Shown: positions 18,501 through 24,996 of the stretch, piece by piece
Numbering within the stretch: position 1 is the stretch's first letter
Layout of the letters: every line of letters starts with the position of its first letter
Assembly: GCA_965231035.1 (NCBI GenBank)
Contig: OZ246409.1
Coordinates: 61,101 to 93,100 of the forward strand
DNA length: 32,000 nucleotides
Direction of reading: 5' to 3'
DNA from: an uncultured Muribaculaceae bacterium
GTDB taxonomy: Bacteria; Pseudomonadota; Alphaproteobacteria; Rs-D84
Position numbers and translations under genes: made by a program
Notes under the pieces: generated by a model
The model's input: the letters and a program-made list of their open reading frames with translations, nothing else
What the model was told of the DNA's origin: nothing
The model's database searches: none

Positions 18501-20507
18501 TATATCACACTCAGTATAACCATCATTAGATGTGGTTGTACCACCTTGACATGGAATACATTCTTCAGATGTATCTCCACTGTATGATCCAACTGCGCAA
18601 TTAGAACATCCTGCCCAACCAGGTAAAGAATAAGTTCCGGGTTCGCAAGGTTCTAAATCGCCAGAATATCCATAAGTAACTAACGTAGCAGGACAGAAAT
18701 ATCCAGCAGGGCATGTTGATAAAGTTGTATCATTTGGAGTTGCAATGTAATTACCAGAAGTTGTTTGAATCTGACACTGCGATGCGGCAGTTTTACCCCC
18801 TGTTGTGTTTGCTGTATAATTGGTCGGACAAGCTGTACAACTGGTTGCTGTTCCACCAGCACTGTAAACCGCACCAGAACATTGTGAACAAGTAGCTGTT
18901 GAAGCATTATTGTTTGCAATTATATAACCAGCATTTGCAGTTACCCCGTATGTACTTGCTGGCCAAGCACTTCCAGTATACGTAACTTGTTGTGATGTTA
19001 CAGTCGCACATCCTGTTATAGTTTTAGTTGGAGCTGTATATCTGCAAGTAGTATTTGCATTATATGGACTTACAGAAGTATAAGTACCACCACTTGGGTT
19101 GACCCCAGGTAATGAATTGCATGCAATGCAAGTTGTTGCTGTTCCGCCTGTGCTGAATGTTGGACTGCTGCAGGCTGAACATGTGGCTGTGGAAGTATTA
19201 TTGTTCGCGATTATATATCCACTGTCTGCAATTACCCCGTATGTGCTTGCTGGCCATCCAGAACCAGTATACGTAACCTGTTGTGATGTTACAGTTGTGC
19301 ATCCTGTTATAGTTTTAGTTGGAGCTGTATATTTACATGCAGTGTTTGCTGAACTTCCAGTAGTTGATGTTGTATATGTACCACCACTAGGACTTACACC
19401 AGTAAGAGCACTACAGCTAGAACATGAAGTCACAGAACCACCAGCACTATATGTGCCAAGTCCACAAATACTACAAGTTGCACTTGAAGTATTATTGTTT
19501 GCAATTATATAACCAGCATTTGCGGTAACACCATAAGTACTTGCTGGCCATCCAGAACCGGTATACGTAACCTGTTGTGATGTTACGGTTGCGCATCCAG
19601 TAAGGGTCTTGGAAGGTGCTGTATATTTACATGCAGTGTTGTCGGTACTTGCTGTAGAAGTTGTTGTGTATGTTCCACCACTTGGACTTACACCGGTCAA
19701 TGAGCTACATGCTGTACAAGCTGCCACAGCTTGTGATGACGATGTTTTAAATGTTCCAGCAGAACACGCAGTCCAAACTGCATAAACAGTAACTGCTGAA
19801 GAAGTTGTTATTGAAAAACTTCCGGATGTAGCACCAGAACTGGTACTCCAACCCGATAATACGTATCCGGCCCTGTAATATGAAGTTGTTGCACCACTGT
19901 TCAAAGCACAAGAAGAACCAACATTACAAGTTGTAGCACTTGGCGCAGTTCCAGAACCACCATTCAAATTATAAGTAACTGCAACAGTAGTTGGTGTCCA
20001 TTGAGCATATAATGTTGTATCGTTTGATATCGGCCACGTAGAGAATAATGATACGCCATAACTATCAAACATCATTTCACCCAAGTATGTCTCTTCGTTG
20101 TATCCCACAAATTTATAACCATCCCTCGTTGGAATATAAACATCCAACCCTTGCATAGATTGACCATAAGAAACTTGAAAAGAACCTTGGTCCCCCCATG
20201 AGGCACCACCACCCCATCCACCTTGGTCATCAAGCGTTACAGTGTATAAAACACTTGCAGGACAAGCAGTTCCACCAGCACAGGTATAATTAGAACCAAA
20301 AACCGAGCAGGCACGGCAGGCATTTCCCGCCGCGGGTGTTGGCGCACAAGCTGTACTGGTAGAGCTTGCAGTCATATAATATCCAGATGCGCAAGAGGTA
20401 TATTTCAAATATGTGGGGCAAGTATAACCGGCAGCAAACGCATTACCGGCAAAAAACACTGTTGATAAAAATGCGAAAATACGCAGTAAATTCGGGACTT
20501 TTCTCAA
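15522..20507 (-). CDS. giant secreted Cys-rich repeat protein (1661 aa) with three Flg_new/InlB-B-type modules and multiple CxxC..G.Y repeat families
   Basis: TTG start at 20507 with GAGAGGAAGA RBS. Signal peptide MRKVPNLLRIFAFLSTVFFAGNAFA. Modules ending TLYAQWT, VYAVWT and LYAHWT. Three 98-aa repeats, at least six 60-aa repeats, and C-terminal C.V.SC..GYH modules. Confidence 0.85.
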   Translation of the reverse strand: MRKVPNLLRIFAFLSTVFFAGNAFAAGYTCPTYLKYTSCASGYYMTASSTSTACAPTPAAGNACRACSVFGSNYTCAGGTACPASVLYTVTLDDQGGWGGGASWGDQGSFQVSYGQSMQGLDVYIPTRDGYKFVGYNEETYLGEMMFDSYGVSLFSTWPISNDTTLYAQWTPTTVAVTYNLNGGSGTAPSATTCNVGSSCALNSGATTSYYRAGYVLSGWSTSSGATSGSFSITTSSAVTVYAVWTACSAGTFKTSSSQAVAACTACSSLTGVSPSGGTYTTTSTASTDNTACKYTAPSKTLTGCATVTSQQVTYTGSGWPASTYGVTANAGYIIANNNTSSATCSICGLGTYSAGGSVTSCSSCSALTGVSPSGGTYTTSTTGSSANTACKYTAPTKTITGCTTVTSQQVTYTGSGWPASTYGVIADSGYIIANNNTSTATCSACSSPTFSTGGTATTCIACNSLPGVNPSGGTYTSVSPYNANTTCRYTAPTKTITGCATVTSQQVTYTGSAWPASTYGVTANAGYIIANNNASTATCSQCSGAVYSAGGTATSCTACPTNYTANTTGGKTAASQCQIQTTSGNYIATPNDTTLSTCPAGYFCPATLVTYGYSGDLEPCEPGTYSLPGWAGCSNCAVGSYSGDTSEECIPCQGGTTTSNDGYTECDINCSNYTGYETEWDVATWDFSENVTNNLCTVISCAAGYGISGDTCSPITYLVTLDAQGGTGGTASVIAPYNSAMPTATMPTLTNYVFVGYYDAISGGTQYYTSSGASARVWDKTSGATLYAHWTQSSATCDPGQYLPGNSSTCSTCTAGNYCLGGVFGLSSSDQGITACTTLGSNYTSSVSGSSANTACYIPNTILTADKYISTANSNIISTCSSGTYRAAGTYYYGAAIQSCTSCSNKPSAASYVGTGSGANACPWSLTCSAGNYFLYNTTETSRACSACTAGNYCAGVTATNSTATNTGLSTCPTNYVNGGTGVTTQTGCKWQTTAGNYIATANATTATTCTAGNYCPSTLVSYGSTGGLTTCPTNYVNGGTGVTTQTGCKWQTTAGNYIATANATTATTCTAGNYCPSTLVSYGSTGGLTTCPTNYVNGGTGVTTQTGCKWQTTAGNYIATANATTATTCTAGNYCPSTLVSYGSTGGLTTCPTNYVDGGTGLTDQNQCQIQTTAGTYIANANDTTATTCTAGNYCPSALILYGNTNSPTECPANNVDGGIGLSSQDQCAINCPAGTYVDGIDSGDLGTCITCPAGYYCPGELVYYGTGIGGGNYNCPVDYINGGTGLTSQSQCAIICTPGQYVSIAGHSCTVLSTNDKYIDTNTVTYGNISILNTCDTSSGYHITGKTLPIDHDSVNDCYQTCSTVSIAPPTGAVKTPKNTTENYPNYCVYLASCPGTYIPTPGGYHYDNSGYTSDPICLISTTCSNSYEMVNGVCQPCDRDNAVSYKSGNNCEVESCVSGYHPNGQSCEENTIDCSVSNAESASKIWNTSKNSYSTCKVQTCVDGYHVSSNTCVPDEQDCVIDNGSGTKEWNSSTNSWGACQVKSCNPGYTSEYSETNDHTKPCGQCKNKYSILNEPAVSSYARGCEIASCMYQGELYNLDHNQCDPICDISGYEDDTGTMIWNSSTKKCNRQCKDGYTMWPSYGSYDGGSSGGHDTV
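17034..17591 (-). repeat. three perfectly identical 180-bp tandem units (60 aa each) inside the giant gene
   Basis: 17041-17220, 17221-17400 and 17401-17580 are identical base for base. Diverged copies of the same 180-nt period flank them, at least at 16861-17040. Each unit encodes TCPTNYVNGGTGVTTQTGCKWQTTAGNYIATANATTATTCTAGNYCPSTLVSYGSTGGLT. Confidence 0.95.
18828..19766 (-). repeat. three imperfect 294-bp (98-aa) tandem repeats inside the giant gene
   Basis: Protein repeats start at C267, C365 and C463 (C[SN][SA]L[TP]GV.PSGGTYT...TGC.TVTSQQVTYTGS.WPASTYGV...GYIIANNN). Recurring nucleotide strings include gcaattatataaccagcatttgc at about 18916 and 19501. Confidence 0.8.
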
Positions 20508-20530
20508 ATCTTCCTCTCTGTATAATCTGC

Positions 20531-20560
20531 ATTCTAGAAAAAAGCCGGTACATCACGCAA
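20531..20560 (-). promoter_or_regulatory. candidate sigma70-like promoter of the giant gene
   Basis: On the minus strand: TTGCGT (20560-20555), 18-nt spacer, TAGAAT (20536-20531), about 20 nt upstream of the RBS. Confidence 0.35.
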
Positions 20561-20627
20561 GCGAAAAAGTAATTGTATTTTGAAAATAGAAAAAAATTTA
20601 TAAATATTTGGAATCTTGAAAATAAAA

Positions 20628-20704
20628 TGGTGGGTTAGGTAGGACTCGAACCCACGACCAAAGCGTTATGAGCGCTCCGCTCTAACCACCTGAGCTACTA
20701 ACCC
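20628..20704 (-). tRNA. tRNA with CAU anticodon (elongator Met or lysidine-modified Ile2; not initiator), CCA encoded
   Basis: GGGTTAG/CTAACCC acceptor with a paired 1:72. D-arm GCTC-AGGTGGTTA-GAGC, anticodon arm GAGCG-CTCATAA-CGCTT, T-arm GTGGG-TTCGAGT-CCTAC, then ACCA. Confidence 0.9.
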
Positions 20705-20729
20705 ACGGCGGACATTATATATTATTTCA

Positions 20730-22043
20730 TTGGCAAAGCAAGTGAAAATGTGTCAATATTACAAAATGAGTTTAATCGCACCGATTTTGAATGAATCCCA
20801 ACTGAATGCTTTTGACACAATCGAGCATACCAACAATAACATCTTGATATTGGGCCAGGCGGGAACAGGGAAATCTACTTTTGTAAACTATTTGAAAAGT
20901 GCCTCTAAGAAAAGAATCATCTGTGCATGTCCCACGGCGGTTTCTGCATTGAATGTTGGCGGGCAGACAATCCATTCACTGTTTCAAATCCAGCCACGTG
21001 ATTTTATTATGCCTGAATTTTTGAAGTTAAAGGCTAAACCCAGAAATGTAATGAATGCCGCGGATATCTTAATTATTGATGAGATTTCAATGGTTGCACC
21101 TGATTTGTTGGACGCGGTTGATATACTTGCACGCCAGGCGCGAAAAAATAATATGCCATTTGGTGGATTACAAATTGTTGCCATAGGGGATTTGTTCCAG
21201 CTGCCGCCAGTGATAACCCAAGATGCACAAAAATATTATGAACAAGAATATGGATTTTCAAATTCATACTTTTTTGACAGCAATGTTTATAAACGGTCAG
21301 ATTTTATAAAAGTAAATTTTGATTTGGTTTATCGTCAAAGCGACAAATCATTACTGGATAACCTGGTTCGACTAAGAAACAATGAAACCGATGCCCTGGA
21401 ATTTTTTAACAGTTGCAAAATTGAAGATTTATCACGCAGATCAAATGCTGTGATTATTACACCTTTTCGTGCTGTTGCAGAAAAAATAAATACAGACAGG
21501 TTGGCGCAAATAAATTCTGAACCGGTTTCCTATCGTGGTGAATTGAATGGAAATTTTCGTGAACAAGATGTTCCATCACCATTGGATTTGGTTTTAAAAG
21601 TTGGTGCTTTGGTTATGTTTACCCGAACCGTTCGTGAATATGGCGAAGATTGTTTTAATGGTCGTATGGGAATTATACAAAAATTAGAAGCAAAAGAAAT
21701 TACAGTAAAACTTTTGAATCAAAAAAATGATATTGTTAAAATCAAGCCTGAAAAATGGACCAAGATTGAATATGCCTATGATGAAAATAATAAACTGATT
21801 GAAAACGAAACTGGTTCATACAAACAGTTTCCTTTGGCATTAGGTTATGCGATGACGATACACAAGGCCCAGGGAAAAACATTAGATTCTGTGATTGTTG
21901 ATATTTCACGCGGGGCTTTTGCACATGGACAAACTTATGTTGCATTGTCGCGTACCAGAAATGCATCAGATATGCATATTCCAAATCCGCTTCGTCAAAA
22001 AGATATAATATTTGATGCCAGGGTATTGGATTTTATAGCATAA
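20730..22043 (+). CDS. pif1: Pif1-family SF1B DNA helicase
   Basis: Walker A GQAGTGKST and Walker B IIDEISMV. Pif1 signature region LLDAVDILARQARKNNMPFGGLQIVAIGDLFQLPPV. C-terminal TIHKAQGKTLDSVIV and YVALSRTR. The start is uncertain: TTG 20730, ATG 20748 or ATG 20766. Confidence 0.8.
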   Translation: MAKQVKMCQYYKMSLIAPILNESQLNAFDTIEHTNNNILILGQAGTGKSTFVNYLKSASKKRIICACPTAVSALNVGGQTIHSLFQIQPRDFIMPEFLKLKAKPRNVMNAADILIIDEISMVAPDLLDAVDILARQARKNNMPFGGLQIVAIGDLFQLPPVITQDAQKYYEQEYGFSNSYFFDSNVYKRSDFIKVNFDLVYRQSDKSLLDNLVRLRNNETDALEFFNSCKIEDLSRRSNAVIITPFRAVAEKINTDRLAQINSEPVSYRGELNGNFREQDVPSPLDLVLKVGALVMFTRTVREYGEDCFNGRMGIIQKLEAKEITVKLLNQKNDIVKIKPEKWTKIEYAYDENNKLIENETGSYKQFPLALGYAMTIHKAQGKTLDSVIVDISRGAFAHGQTYVALSRTRNASDMHIPNPLRQKDIIFDARVLDFIA

Positions 22044-22373
22044 TTATTTGCTTTTTTTACAAATAAAAATTTTACACAAACCAGGTCTGTTTTTATAAAT
22101 AGAACATTCGGCTCTTTTATCTAAATTAAAAGACAAGAAAGGACAATAAGGTCTGTCTAATTTTCCAGTACGAACTTTTTCTAATTGCTCAAATGATGTT
22201 TTTGGAATTATATGTGGACCCAGATTCCAATCATCAGATATTTCAACAAACTTTATATTTAATCCAGTAAATAGTTTCTTAGCTTTTTTGTATTCACCAG
22301 AAATCTCAAAGAATGCAGGAACTTTGCAACATTCGCCGCATCTTTGACATTCAAATGAATTTTCTTTGTTCAT
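22044..22373 (-). CDS. YkgJ-family Cys-cluster (CxxCxxCC) zinc/iron-chelating domain protein
   Basis: FECQRCGECCKV near the N-terminus plus downstream Cys residues (YCPFL, CSIY, CKIFIC). ATGA overlap with the upstream gene. Confidence 0.72.
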   Translation of the reverse strand: MNKENSFECQRCGECCKVPAFFEISGEYKKAKKLFTGLNIKFVEISDDWNLGPHIIPKTSFEQLEKVRTGKLDRPYCPFLSFNLDKRAECSIYKNRPGLCKIFICKKSK

Positions 22374-23416
22374 TTTATTTTCTTTTTATCTCGTAGATTA
22401 TAAAGCATGTTCTTATAAAATAAATTTCCGTTTTCCTCTGTGGTGTCAAAATTAAAATCACCCCCAGAAACCAGTTCGCGAATAGAAGGTAATGGACCAC
22501 CATTTATTGAATTTTTTAAACCGTTAATCAGGGCATTCCTTTCTGCTGTGAAAATTATTTTTCCATCATCTGTAAGAAGATGTTCTTCTTTTTTTGGAAT
22601 CCCGGAAGTAAAATGTTCGGCCCCTTCATCTTTCTTTGATTTTTTAACAATAAAAAAATTGCCTTTTTCTCCTGAAAAAAAACTTGGTTTAAGATTTTGA
22701 TCAATATTTTTAATATATTTATTAAACAAATTTTTGTGATCTAAAACTTCGTCCATTGCAGACATAAAAGATACTGTTGTGAATTTAGAATGTTCTAATG
22801 GGGATAATGGGGTATGAGCGATTATTAATAAGTTTTCTTGGATTTTTTTAATATCGTCTTTTGAATAACCTATCTTTGACATTTTATCGCCAATAAAATT
22901 TTCTAAATATTTTAATACGGTTGATCCATAACAATGAGTAAATATGACCAATTTTCTGACATTTTCTATTGCTTTTTCTAGGTCAATTTTTTCTGATTTT
23001 TTTCCAACAATTCTTGGTTTTATTAAAATATTATACAGATAATTTAAAAATAATGGTTCGGGCTCATTTTCCATTGTGTTTTTTATATCATGATTAAGAC
23101 ATTCTCGCAAAGTTGATATTTTCCTACGAGCTTTTTGAAAAATGTTAAGCTCATCAAATTCTGTATTTCTTGAATTGAAGTAGTATAATGTAGAATATAT
23201 ATTTACATCATTAATATCATTTTCTTTCAACAGGTAACTTAAACGCAATGCATAATTGTTTGCGGTTTTTTCAGATTCAGCTTTATTTCCTCCAAGTATA
23301 AACAGAACAGTTTTTATAACAGGTATGGAATCTACTAATTTTATTCCATAAATATTATCAATTGTTTTTGGTACACTTTGAATGATTTTAATTTCACTGG
23401 GAATATATTTATTCAT
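22370..23416 (-). CDS. hypothetical protein, 348 aa, possible alpha/beta-hydrolase-like fold with a Cys nucleophile
   Basis: Intact ORF translationally coupled on both sides by ATGA overlaps. A beta-strand-like KLVIFTHCYGS resembles a nucleophile elbow. No family recognised. Confidence 0.55.
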   Translation of the reverse strand: MNKYIPSEIKIIQSVPKTIDNIYGIKLVDSIPVIKTVLFILGGNKAESEKTANNYALRLSYLLKENDINDVNIYSTLYYFNSRNTEFDELNIFQKARRKISTLRECLNHDIKNTMENEPEPLFLNYLYNILIKPRIVGKKSEKIDLEKAIENVRKLVIFTHCYGSTVLKYLENFIGDKMSKIGYSKDDIKKIQENLLIIAHTPLSPLEHSKFTTVSFMSAMDEVLDHKNLFNKYIKNIDQNLKPSFFSGEKGNFFIVKKSKKDEGAEHFTSGIPKKEEHLLTDDGKIIFTAERNALINGLKNSINGGPLPSIRELVSGGDFNFDTTEENGNLFYKNMLYNLRDKKKIK

Positions 23417-23805
23417 ATTTTCTTTTCCATCAATATTGCATCAATACCGTCATAGTATTTTGGACGGGTGCCGATTTGTTTGTATTTATTTTTTTCATAA
23501 AGCTTGCGGGCAGGGGTGTTATTTTCTGCAACTTCCAAGAATATTTTTATAGCACCAGATTTTTTAATTTCGTTTTCTGCGATTGCCAACATTGCTTCTG
23601 CTATTCCGGATTTTCTTTGTTCCGGATTAACACCGATTGTTATAATTTCAGCTTCGTCCGTGACAACACGCCAAACCATAAAACCATTGTCGCTGGCGAT
23701 TACTTCGCATCCAGATTTTTTTAAGTCTGCAAAATCCTGTGCCGTCCAAGGGTTGTTCGGAAAACACAACCTATGAAGTTCGGCGATTTTATTTAACATT
23801 TGCAA
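23413..23805 (-). CDS. rimI: ribosomal-protein-alanine N-acetyltransferase (GNAT)
   Basis: 130 aa. GVNPEQRKSGIAEAML acetyl-CoA-binding motif and LEVAENNTPARKLYEKNKY. Classic position downstream of tsaB. Confidence 0.8.
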   Translation of the reverse strand: MQMLNKIAELHRLCFPNNPWTAQDFADLKKSGCEVIASDNGFMVWRVVTDEAEIITIGVNPEQRKSGIAEAMLAIAENEIKKSGAIKIFLEVAENNTPARKLYEKNKYKQIGTRPKYYDGIDAILMEKKI

Positions 23806-24383
23806 TTTAACTCGGCATAGCTGGGACGCATATACATTGGTATAACTGGTTCAGATTTTTTTGATTCTAATTTATTTTCAATTATTGTTAATGCATCTTT
23901 TAAGTCATAAGGTTTATGCCCAACTGTTTTTGCATATTCCATTTGTTTTGTTTCAATATCATCAATAGTCATTGTGCATGGTTCAATATTATGTGCAGCA
24001 ACAAAAAAGTCACCACGTTTTGAATCAATTGCGACAAAAGCATCCATAGACCTTGCTAGATAAATTTCAAAAGCATTCACAGGAATAACAGGAATATTTA
24101 AACCAATAGAAAGTCCCTTGGCATATGCAATTCCCAGACGAATTCCAGTAAAGCTGCCAGGGCCAACAACAATACCGATTGCAGATAAACCAGAAAATTT
24201 TAAATTATTTTTGCTGATAAATTTTTCAACAGCAATCGGTAATTCAACCGATTGTTTTCCATTAGAATTTTGATCGAAACTGATATGCTCTGATACAATC
24301 TTATTTTCGATAACATTATGTAAAACTATTGAAATTCCGGGCAAAGATGTATCTATCAAAAGTATGTTTTTATTATTTGTCAT
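23793..24383 (-). CDS. tsaB: tRNA t6A37 biosynthesis protein TsaB
   Basis: ILLIDTS...VVGPGSFTGIRLGIAYAKGL is the TsaB/YeaZ signature. Overlaps rimI by 13 nt. Confidence 0.82.
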   Translation of the reverse strand: MTNNKNILLIDTSLPGISIVLHNVIENKIVSEHISFDQNSNGKQSVELPIAVEKFISKNNLKFSGLSAIGIVVGPGSFTGIRLGIAYAKGLSIGLNIPVIPVNAFEIYLARSMDAFVAIDSKRGDFFVAAHNIEPCTMTIDDIETKQMEYAKTVGHKPYDLKDALTIIENKLESKKSEPVIPMYMRPSYAELNCKC

Positions 24384-24979
24384 TTTGAAAAACTTAAATT
24401 CCTTGGCATTTGTAACAACGTATTATAAATCTTTTCTGCGAATTCGCCAGTAATTTTGCATTCAAATTTATTAAAATCATTTTTTATAAAAATAAAATAT
24501 TTTCTATCTGAAGAACTTTTACCAGTAATTGTGCCTTTAATTGTATAACCGTAAGATTCTGCACAACAACAATCTCTGAATTCAAAAAAATTACCTTTTT
24601 TGTCTTTGATATGTTCACAACATTGTTCTTCAACTGTTACAGTTATACCAGATTTTTTTAATTTTTTACATAACTCATCTTGCTCGAATGGTGCAGTATT
24701 ACCATTGGTTTTTATTCTATACCAAATATCTGTTTTATCATGTTTCAAAAGTGTGTTAAATGCAATCCAAGGAAGAATACCAGACCATTTAAAATCACCA
24801 GCTGTTATAAAATACTTACTGCTTGGATTTCTTTTGATAACAGAAATTGAGGCGTTTCCATCATGGTTTGTGGTATACACATCAGAGTCGTAATAGGATT
24901 CAGGGTATAATATAAAAGGGAATTTTAAAATTTCATTAAAAACAGAAAATTTCTTTGTAATCTTTTCAAACAGATTCAT
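24380..24979 (-). CDS. hypothetical Cys-containing protein, 199 aa, occupying the position where the Lon protease domain would be expected
   Basis: Intact ORF 17 nt downstream of the lon stop, with an ATGA overlap with tsaB. Contains EEQCCEH and RDCCCAE clusters. No similarity to the S16 peptidase domain by eye. Confidence 0.55.
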   Translation of the reverse strand: MNLFEKITKKFSVFNEILKFPFILYPESYYDSDVYTTNHDGNASISVIKRNPSSKYFITAGDFKWSGILPWIAFNTLLKHDKTDIWYRIKTNGNTAPFEQDELCKKLKKSGITVTVEEQCCEHIKDKKGNFFEFRDCCCAESYGYTIKGTITGKSSSDRKYFIFIKNDFNKFECKITGEFAEKIYNTLLQMPRNLSFSK

Positions 24980-24996
24980 AAAGTTTTCCTTTTGAG

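Noticed and set aside
15717-19512. ORFs inside the giant gene, most of them on the + strand (e.g. 16082..16378, 17811..18020, 19099..19512), plus same-strand alternative-frame ORFs 18026..18220 and 18680..18919
   Set aside because: Stop-poor alternative frames are expected from the biased Thr/Gly/Ala/Cys codon composition. None has a start context, and all are nested in the 1661-aa frame.
20508-20730. tRNA(CAU) as the attachment site of a genomic island carrying the giant gene or the Pif1 helicase
   Set aside because: No integrase, recombinase, transposase or direct repeat of the tRNA 3' end was seen in the window. The compositional difference of the giant gene can be explained by its amino-acid bias.
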